Positions 57,412 to 64,000 of a stretch of 64,000 bases of DNA are shown here, in pieces. The stretch comes from an uncultured cyanobacterium (GTDB lineage Bacteria > Cyanobacteriota > Cyanobacteriia > PCC-9006 > JAAUQQ01): assembly GCA_963718615.1 (NCBI GenBank), contig OY970368.1, positions 2,400,001 through 2,464,000 of the forward strand. The letters run 5' to 3'. Both the position numbers and the translations under genes were made by a program. Numbering within the stretch: the stretch's first letter is position 1; every line of letters starts with the position of its first letter. The notes beneath the pieces were generated by a model. The model did not search any database, was not told where the DNA came from, and saw only the letters and a program-made list of their open reading frames with translations.

Positions 57412-59157
57412 TCAAGAGGAAAGTTTGATTTGAGCTGAAGCCGATTGTTGAGACGAGCTACCGGATCGAAACCCGATAGAATCAGGAGTGGGGGGCTGAT
57501 TTCGCATTAACCGCTTCAGTAATTTGGTGCGCTCCAGTCGATTGAGGACACGAACAATGAGTTCAGGACCAATAATGGGTTTGCTGACAAAATCATCCGC
57601 ACCGGCAGCAAACACTTGAGTCGCTGTTTCTGTATCAATCCGTGTGGTGAGTAACAGAATGGGGAGACTATTCCAAGGCTCTTCACCGCGAATTTGCTGG
57701 CAGAGTTCTAGGCCATCCATTCGAGACATTTGAATATTGAGAATGAGCAAATCGGGATTGGCATGGGTTAATCCCTCCCAAAAGCGTCGGGGATCTGAAA
57801 GGGTAATAACTTGTAATCCCCAGGGTTCTAATAAGGTTCGTAAAAATTTCAGAATCTTGAGATCATCATCCACAATCAAAATTCGCCCTTCTGTATTTTC
57901 ATTGGGAAAAGCGGGAGCTGTCGGTAGATTGTTCGGTTGATAGGGAGTCGCTTGAGCAATAGTCGCTTGAGCAATAATGGGTGGGTTAGTGCTCGGTGCG
58001 TTAGTGGTCGCTAGATCGGTCGAGAGGGGCTCAGACAGCTCTTGTTTTCCGGAGATTGAGGAGGACGTTACAGAATTTTTGATTTTGTGTTCAAGCTGAT
58101 GCAGAAGCTCAGTTGCGCCTTGATGGAGCTGCTGCATCGCGTGAGAGCTTGTCCCTGCTAGAGCCTCGCTCTGCGCCGTTTCTAAGCCAGTTTCGATCTC
58201 ACGGGCCAAATGGGAGGCACTCATCAAGCCAAAGGTTCCTAAGGCTCCACACAGAGAATGGGCATCTCGCTGGGCCTGTTGGAACGCGGTTGGCTCTAGG
58301 GGTCCATGGGGAAGGAGGGCGATCGCCCGCTCCAGCCGTTGGGCCTGCTCGTGGATGCGAGGCTGAAACCGTTCCCAAACCTGGGCAATTTGGGCGATCG
58401 CCTGAAGACTCGCAGCCCGTTCTGTATCGGAGTTAGAACCTTTACCTTTGATCCTAGAACTTTCTGTTTTGCCTAGGCTTTCCTCCTGGGGATGCAACCG
58501 ATAGCCGATGCCATAGACGGTCTCAATCACATGACTGGGTGCCTGGGCGGCCTTTAATTTTTGACGGATGCACTTGATATGGGTTCGTACGGCCTCATCT
58601 CCCGGTGTATCTTCGTAAGTCCAGAGATGCTCAATAATCATGCTACAGCTGAAGACTCGGTGGGGATGGCGCATCAACAGCTCTAATAATGCATATTCTT
58701 TAGGGGTGAACATCACAGGATGTTGATCGTAAAACACCTCATAGGATTCTGGATCAAGGAGCAGTTTGCCCCAGCTCAGTAAGGGAGAAGCCTCCGCCAT
58801 GCCCCGCCGCAGCAGGGCCCGGATTCGAGCCGTGAGCTCTTCGGGGTCAAAGGGTTTGGTGACATAATCATCGGCCCCAGCATCTAGCCCGAGGGCTTTA
58901 TCATGGCAGGTATCCCGAGCTGTGAGTAGCAAAATTGGCATGTTGTAGTGGTGATTTCGCAGGCGCTGGCATAGACTAAGGCCATCTAATCCCGGCAAAA
59001 TTACATCTAAAACAATGAGGTCATAGCTAAAGGCTTCAATCAGACACCAAGCCGATTCACCATCTGTCGCAATCTCAACTGCATAGTGATGATGGGCGAG
59101 GAGAGTCTCCAAAATCTGAGCCGTGGATTCATCATCATCAACCACTAGGATTCTCAT
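57412..59157 (-). CDS. Multi-domain response regulator REC-wHTH(OmpR)-Hpt-REC
   Basis: MRILVVDDD...LIVLDVILP...KPF; TPKEYALLELL...VRTHIKCIRQKL...IETVYGIGY; Hpt AHSLCGALGTFG; second REC ILIVDDD...ILNIQM...KP. Confidence 0.92.
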   Translation of the reverse strand: MRILVVDDDESTAQILETLLAHHHYAVEIATDGESAWCLIEAFSYDLIVLDVILPGLDGLSLCQRLRNHHYNMPILLLTARDTCHDKALGLDAGADDYVTKPFDPEELTARIRALLRRGMAEASPLLSWGKLLLDPESYEVFYDQHPVMFTPKEYALLELLMRHPHRVFSCSMIIEHLWTYEDTPGDEAVRTHIKCIRQKLKAAQAPSHVIETVYGIGYRLHPQEESLGKTESSRIKGKGSNSDTERAASLQAIAQIAQVWERFQPRIHEQAQRLERAIALLPHGPLEPTAFQQAQRDAHSLCGALGTFGLMSASHLAREIETGLETAQSEALAGTSSHAMQQLHQGATELLHQLEHKIKNSVTSSSISGKQELSEPLSTDLATTNAPSTNPPIIAQATIAQATPYQPNNLPTAPAFPNENTEGRILIVDDDLKILKFLRTLLEPWGLQVITLSDPRRFWEGLTHANPDLLILNIQMSRMDGLELCQQIRGEEPWNSLPILLLTTRIDTETATQVFAAGADDFVSKPIIGPELIVRVLNRLERTKLLKRLMRNQPPTPDSIGFRSGSSSQQSASAQIKLSS

Positions 59158-59207
59158 GGGGCAGCATCCCTCGGATTGTCACTCAGCCTGCGGTTCTCTT
59201 TTTGATT

Positions 59208-60290
59208 ATGAACGAAGATCGAAAAAAGGTTTGGGGATCGCTTACAAGCATTTACATCCGGGGAGTGCGATTACCCCTGGTCCTCTCTCTACTCTCCTTG
59301 CTGTTGTCCTTGGTTGCTTGTGGTGCCGCGCTGCCGCCGGGGCCGGATCGGGCGTTGATGCCCCGTGAGCTGGGTGTAATTGTCAATCGGGCGGATCCCC
59401 TTAGTGTTCAAATTGGAGAGTACTATCGCCAACGACGGCGTATTCCCGATCGCAACTTGATCGAAGTGGATTTTCCCCCCGACACAACCACGCTGTCGCC
59501 GGGGGAGTTTCGCCGGATCCAGCGGCAGGTCGCGCGCCAAACGCCCTATTACATTCAAGCCTATGCGCTGACTTGGGCGACGCCGTACCGGGTGGGCTGT
59601 ATGTCGATCACATCGGCGTTTGCCTTTGGGTTTGATCCCAAATATTGCGCCCAAGGCTGTCAGGCTACGGAATCCAACCCCTATTTCAATCAGGACAGCG
59701 AGAAACCCTACAGCGATTTTGGGATGCGTCCGACGATGGCGATCGCCGCCACCACCTTTGCTAAAGCCCGCACCCTGATTGACCGAGGTATCCAGTCTGA
59801 TTTCGATCGCCCGATGGGTACGGCCTATCTGGTGAGCACCAGCGACCCCACGCGCAATGTCCGGGTGGGGATGTTTCCGCTGGCGCTGGGCGTGGCCGCT
59901 GAGCGCTATTTTGCTGCTGAACTCGTCAAAACCGATGCCTTGGTCGACAAGACCGATGTGATGTTTTATTTCACGGGGTTAACGAATGTTCAAAAGCTGA
60001 CTGCCAATCGATTTTTGCCGGGGGCGATCGCCGACCACCTCACCTCCTTTGGCGGTATGCTCACGGACAGCTCCCAGATGAGCAGTCTCCGCTGGCTCGA
60101 AGCCGGAGCGACCGGCAGCTACGGCACGGTAGAAGAACCCTGCAATTTTGCGCAAAAGTTTCCCCATCCAGCGGTCTTGATGCACTATTATCTGCGGGGA
60201 GAATCGTTAATTGAAGCCTACTGGAAAAGCGTAGCTTGGCCCGGTCAAGGGCTGTTTATTGGGGAGCCCCTGGCCAGACCTTTTCAATAG
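59208..60290 (+). CDS. TIGR03790 family protein (exported, possible lipoprotein)
   Basis: ELGVIVN..DPLS..IGEYY..RR.IP..N; PYRVGCMSITSA; PGAIADHLTSFGG; GATGSYGTVEEPC..KFP; GEPLARPF. Confidence 0.85.
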   Translation: MNEDRKKVWGSLTSIYIRGVRLPLVLSLLSLLLSLVACGAALPPGPDRALMPRELGVIVNRADPLSVQIGEYYRQRRRIPDRNLIEVDFPPDTTTLSPGEFRRIQRQVARQTPYYIQAYALTWATPYRVGCMSITSAFAFGFDPKYCAQGCQATESNPYFNQDSEKPYSDFGMRPTMAIAATTFAKARTLIDRGIQSDFDRPMGTAYLVSTSDPTRNVRVGMFPLALGVAAERYFAAELVKTDALVDKTDVMFYFTGLTNVQKLTANRFLPGAIADHLTSFGGMLTDSSQMSSLRWLEAGATGSYGTVEEPCNFAQKFPHPAVLMHYYLRGESLIEAYWKSVAWPGQGLFIGEPLARPFQ

Positions 60291-60344
60291 CTGCCGGAAC
60301 TCTCCGGATTCGGGCACAGTCGTTAGCATCGGCCTAATCAAAAC

Positions 60345-61457
60345 TTGGGATCAAGAGGTAGCAGCGTGAGTCAAGGGCAAGGATGGCGCAGAATCGGTCT
60401 AGTCAGGCTGGTGGTGGTGTTAGGGGGCCTGGGTTTAGGATGGATGCCCGTTGTGGCCCAAACTCCGCCTCCGCCAAAGGTTACGACGGCGACGGGGACA
60501 ACGGTCGATCGCGCCCTCGATCGCGCCTTTGCCATTCCCCCCCGGTTTGACCATGCTTCTCCTTTTTCGGAAGGATTGGCTCCGGTGAAAGTCGGCGATC
60601 GCTGGGGCTATATCAACCACCAGGGAGAAATGGCGATCGCCCCCCAATTCGAGTCCACCTGGGGCTTTTCAGAGGGGTTAGCCTTGGTTCAAACCGGACG
60701 TGCCCGCAGTTATATCAACCCTGAGGGCAAATCGATTCTGCGAATTAAACCCGCAGTGGGGTTTGTCAGTCCAGTGTTTGCGGAGGGATTGGCTGTCATC
60801 GAGGTGAAAAACCGCTGGGGCTATATCAATCAACAGGGCAAGCCGGTCATTCCGCTGCAGTTTGAAAAGGCCCGCTCCTTTTCTGAAGGGTTGGCGGCGG
60901 TGCAGCAAGAGGGCAAATGGGGCTATGTGGACCCGGCGGGGAAGCTGGTCATTGCGCCGCAGTTTGAACAGGCTTGGGAGTTTGTCAATGGCTTGGCCGT
61001 GGTCCAGGTCAATGGCATTCTAGGATTTGTTGATCCTCAGGGAAAATTTGCGATCGCCCCCCATTTCGAAGACGCCGAAGACTTTTCCGAGGATCTGGCC
61101 GCCGTTCAGTTTGAGGGCAAATGGGGCTACATCAACCGCCAAGGCCAGTTTGTGATTCCGCCTCAGTTTACCCGCGCCAAAGGATTCTCTGAGGGACTGG
61201 CGGCTGTCCATTCACAGGGGCAGTATGGCTACATCGATAAGACGGGGACATTTGTGATCGCGCCCCAGTTTGATGAGTTTGTGGGCAGTTTCTCAGAGGG
61301 GTTTGCGATGATCCGGGTGGGTCGAGAGGCCGGATATGTCGATCGTGCGGGACAACGGGTGATTGCACCGCAATTTAGCTTGGCTACAGACTTTTCGGAA
61401 GGTCTCGCCCCAGTGAAGCAAGGACCGAAGTGGGGCTATGTTAAGCATCCGGGCTAA
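60345..61457 (+). CDS. WG-repeat-containing exported protein
   Basis: Multiple FSEGLA.V....KWGYI...G..VI.PQF repeats. Confidence 0.92.
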   Translation: MGSRGSSVSQGQGWRRIGLVRLVVVLGGLGLGWMPVVAQTPPPPKVTTATGTTVDRALDRAFAIPPRFDHASPFSEGLAPVKVGDRWGYINHQGEMAIAPQFESTWGFSEGLALVQTGRARSYINPEGKSILRIKPAVGFVSPVFAEGLAVIEVKNRWGYINQQGKPVIPLQFEKARSFSEGLAAVQQEGKWGYVDPAGKLVIAPQFEQAWEFVNGLAVVQVNGILGFVDPQGKFAIAPHFEDAEDFSEDLAAVQFEGKWGYINRQGQFVIPPQFTRAKGFSEGLAAVHSQGQYGYIDKTGTFVIAPQFDEFVGSFSEGFAMIRVGREAGYVDRAGQRVIAPQFSLATDFSEGLAPVKQGPKWGYVKHPG

Positions 61458-61466
61458 ATATCCGGG

Positions 61467-61697
61467 CTAAACATCCGGGTTCAGACACGAGGGTGGATGG
61501 ATCCTAGTTTCATTTGAGTTCGGAATACGCAGCTCTTGTACCGCAACCTTAGTTTGAGCCAAGCGCTCCAAGAGACCCGGCTCAATCGCAACCTGCTGGG
61601 TCAGGTCTTCGAGACAGCTCAAAACTTCGACTAATCCCCATTGCAGGCTGGTAATGACTTCACGAAGGTAGCGTTCTTCTTCTTGATCCTGGTGCAT
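61467..61697 (-). CDS. Small hypothetical protein
   Basis: 76-aa helical ORF with ATG start, divergent from the recombinase-domain gene. Confidence 0.4.
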   Translation of the reverse strand: MHQDQEEERYLREVITSLQWGLVEVLSCLEDLTQQVAIEPGLLERLAQTKVAVQELRIPNSNETRIHPPSCLNPDV

Positions 61698-61830
61698 AAT
61701 CTTTGCTGAATCGTCGCTGGGGAATAGAGAGATAATGGAAGCTCAAGCTGAAATCTGACAACCTTCCGCGAGAAGGGTACGATATAAGACATAGGACACA
61801 ATTGCCAGTTTGTTGTTTGATTTCAAGCCT

Positions 61831-62217
61831 ATGACAACAAATCATGCGAATGATGCCTCTGCTTGGGAGAGATTAGAGCAGGGTCGATTGAATAAAGCTG
61901 CCCAGGGAGGATATGTAGGCTATGGCTCACCTGCGTTTGGTCAGCAGTCCGTCAAGGGTGAGTTGGTGGAGAACCCCACGGAATGTGAAATCATTGAACT
62001 GATTCGTCGTCACCACAAATCTGGAAAGTCCTTACAAAGGATTGCAGATTGGCTCAATCAACAGGGCTACAAGACTAAGCGTGGCAAAGCGTGGCAGCGA
62101 GTTTCGGTCAAACGGGTGCTCGATCGTCTCTATGGTAGAGCTCAAAGAACGACATCCTCCCCATTCCAAAGTCCCTCTCTTCTGACGGACGTTTCTTTTC
62201 CGACTGACGACTCGTAG
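61831..62217 (+). CDS. Stand-alone 'Recombinase' DNA-binding domain protein (no serine catalytic domain)
   Basis: GRLNKAAQGGYVGYGSPAFG...E..IIELIRR....GKSLQRIADWLNQQGYKTKRGKAW....VKRVL. Confidence 0.8.
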   Translation: MTTNHANDASAWERLEQGRLNKAAQGGYVGYGSPAFGQQSVKGELVENPTECEIIELIRRHHKSGKSLQRIADWLNQQGYKTKRGKAWQRVSVKRVLDRLYGRAQRTTSSPFQSPSLLTDVSFPTDDS

Positions 62218-62457
62218 TATCTGAAAACCAAAAATTCCCAAAGTCACTGCCCAAGTAGGGTTTCATTTCTTCTTGTGTAACATCCCTCTCAAAAATACCA
62301 TAAAGTGAGCTAAGCTTTATTCTGCAACGGTTTTTCCGAGATAGCTGTTACATCTGTCTAGTTGTGTGTTCAAGTTGAGAACAACGGAGCGGGAATTCTA
62401 GGCATGGTATGGGGCAGCGCGTCGTAATGGCCTTGAGCGGTGTGAATAGGGGTATGA

Positions 62458-63615
62458 ATGTCATTGGACACAGGCAGCGATCCCGTTTTGGATTTTCTGG
62501 ATTTGAAGGATGCAGTGGACACTGCGCCTTTGACCGTCTCACCGGATCTGTCTTTGATGGAGGCGATTGTCAGCCGAAGTCAACCGTCATTACGATGTGA
62601 TCTAGAGAACTTCTCCAGTATGGAAGGGCTTGCTTTGCCCAAGCAGCAGGCTACGAGCTGTATTTTGGTCATGGAGGGGCAAACCCTGCTGGGAATTGTG
62701 ACCGAGCGAGATATTGTGCGCTTAACCGCAGCGGGACTGGATTTTCGGACGACAGCGATCGCTGAGGTAATGGTTCATCCGGTGATTACGTTTCCCCAGC
62801 GATCGCTTCAGGATGTGTTCGCCGCTTTATTTTTATTTCGTCGATATCGCATTCGCCATTTGCCAGTCGTCGATGACCAAAACCACCTCGTCGGGGTAAT
62901 TTCCCAGGACAGCTTGCGCCAGGTGATGCGTCCAGCCAATTTGCTGCGATTTCATCGCGTTGCAGATGTAATGACGACGCCAGTGATCCAGGCTCCCCTG
63001 AAGGCTACGGTCCTGGAGGTCGCTCAGCAGATGGCAGAAAATCGGGTCAGCTGCGTGGTCATCACCCAAAACAATATCGAGGGGGATCCCCAGCCGATAG
63101 GGATTGTCACCGAGCGAGATATTTTGCAGTTTCAGGTGTTGCAGTTGGATTTGGCCAAGACCAAGGTGCGGGATGTGATGAGTTCACCCTTGTTTTTGCT
63201 CAGTCCGAATGATTCGCTCTGGACCGCCTATCAAGCCATGGGAAAGCGACGGGTGGGTCGTCTGGTGGTGTCTTGGAACTGGGGTAAGGGGTTGGGGATT
63301 GTGACTCAAACCAGCCTATTGCGGGTTTTTGATCCGGTGGAGATGTTTTCGATTATTGAAGCGTTGGAACAAACCATTCAGCAGTTGCAAGGGGAGCAAG
63401 GGCGATCGCTGTCACAGCCTGTTTTGGGGGATTTGGGCTCTTTCAAGACTGATTCGCTCAAGACTAATTCGCTCAAGACTGATATTGAGCAGAGCTGTTG
63501 GCTGATTCGGGGGTTGTTGGCGGATCCTGGATTTTCCTTGACCCAGCGGCGATCGCAACTGCTCCAGATTCTCGCGACGCTCCAGCGGCTCACTTTCCTC
63601 GCTGAACGTGGGTAG
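62458..63615 (+). CDS. CBS domain protein (4 CBS domains + short coiled coil)
   Basis: LLGIVTERDIV, IRHLPVVD, PIGIVTERDIL, LGIVTQTSLL. Confidence 0.9.
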   Translation: MSLDTGSDPVLDFLDLKDAVDTAPLTVSPDLSLMEAIVSRSQPSLRCDLENFSSMEGLALPKQQATSCILVMEGQTLLGIVTERDIVRLTAAGLDFRTTAIAEVMVHPVITFPQRSLQDVFAALFLFRRYRIRHLPVVDDQNHLVGVISQDSLRQVMRPANLLRFHRVADVMTTPVIQAPLKATVLEVAQQMAENRVSCVVITQNNIEGDPQPIGIVTERDILQFQVLQLDLAKTKVRDVMSSPLFLLSPNDSLWTAYQAMGKRRVGRLVVSWNWGKGLGIVTQTSLLRVFDPVEMFSIIEALEQTIQQLQGEQGRSLSQPVLGDLGSFKTDSLKTNSLKTDIEQSCWLIRGLLADPGFSLTQRRSQLLQILATLQRLTFLAERG

Positions 63616-63643
63616 AGGCAGGACTAGAGCACCAACCACAACT

Positions 63644-63877
63644 CTAGCGCAGTCCCACCCAGGTCCAGAAATCTTGCCGCGTGACGAATTCCAGCAAAAG
63701 CAAAACCACAAACGCCAGCATGGCAAACCGACCATTCAGTCGCTCGGCGTAGGCATTCCAGCCAAAGCTAGGGGCTTCGAGGTCGGATTCGGGCTGCGAT
63801 TGGGGGTGGGATTCGGGGGCGATCGCCTCAGTGTTTTCGATAGTGTTTTCGATGGGATTTTCGATCTCGTTACTCAT
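63644..63877 (-). CDS. High-light-inducible protein (HLIP/SCP)
   Basis: FGWNAYAERLNGRFAMLAF chlorophyll-binding motif; single TM; start MSNEIENP. Confidence 0.92.
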   Translation of the reverse strand: MSNEIENPIENTIENTEAIAPESHPQSQPESDLEAPSFGWNAYAERLNGRFAMLAFVVLLLLEFVTRQDFWTWVGLR

Positions 63878-64000
63878 GGTCAGGGGATTGAGGGGGTAGG
63901 GACGGATTGTTAAGCATTGTTGCGGTGTCGTTCTGGATTGTACCGCGTTGGACTGCTTCGATGAGCGATCGCACCTCCTGGGTCCCTTCTGAGGGCTCAA

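Noticed and set aside
61831-62217. Integrase responsible for the island
   Set aside because: Lacks a catalytic domain, lies several genes outside the island, and no att-like repeats or tRNA were seen
1-64000. GCGATCGC recurrences as a novel repeat
   Set aside because: This is the well-known cyanobacterial HIP1 octamer

Overview
64-kb chromosomal window from a cyanobacterium (abundant HIP1 octamer GCGATCGC, an HLIP, DevBC, CHAT/CHASE2/DUF928 proteins, cyanobacterial-type GlgA). Left part (1-28.5 kb): a protease-rich neighbourhood (FHA-CHAT, DUF928, CHAT-CHASE2, a calpain-like C2 protease split by a frameshift in a G9 tract, a trypsin-like protease with a (GDF)n insert), cobB, an orphan devBC pair, a TetR-controlled HlyD/ABC efflux cassette bracketed by remnants of two unrelated ABC ATPases, a Mesh1-like HD protein and glgA. 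Centre (about 29.0-57.3 kb): a visibly AT-richer island, bounded by a TPR/IS5 scar and a decayed metalloprotease gene, holding 25 co-oriented minus-strand genes. Its core (PfpI, AGE-family protein, STAS, GlgX, STAS, RsbW-like kinase, PP2C) resembles the Synechocystis icfG cluster, but it is much expanded. Additions are a ThDP enzyme, GMC oxidoreductase, NmrA-like SDR, VOC, a second DJ-1, five SnoaL/NTF2 genes (one a lipoprotein), an OprB porin, an RGG-variant MinD/ParA ATPase with a small wHTH partner, an output-less Cache-HAMP sensor, and an Asp/Glu racemase + peptidoglycan-binding SBP + DAACS symporter module. This island is the best candidate for an undescribed system: glycogen-linked small-molecule chemistry with its own sensing, partner-switch and uptake. 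Right part: multi-domain response regulator, TIGR03790, WG-repeat, stand-alone recombinase-domain, CBS and HLIP genes. No rRNA, tRNA or CRISPR array was recognised. All family calls come from motif recognition by eye, with no database searches.
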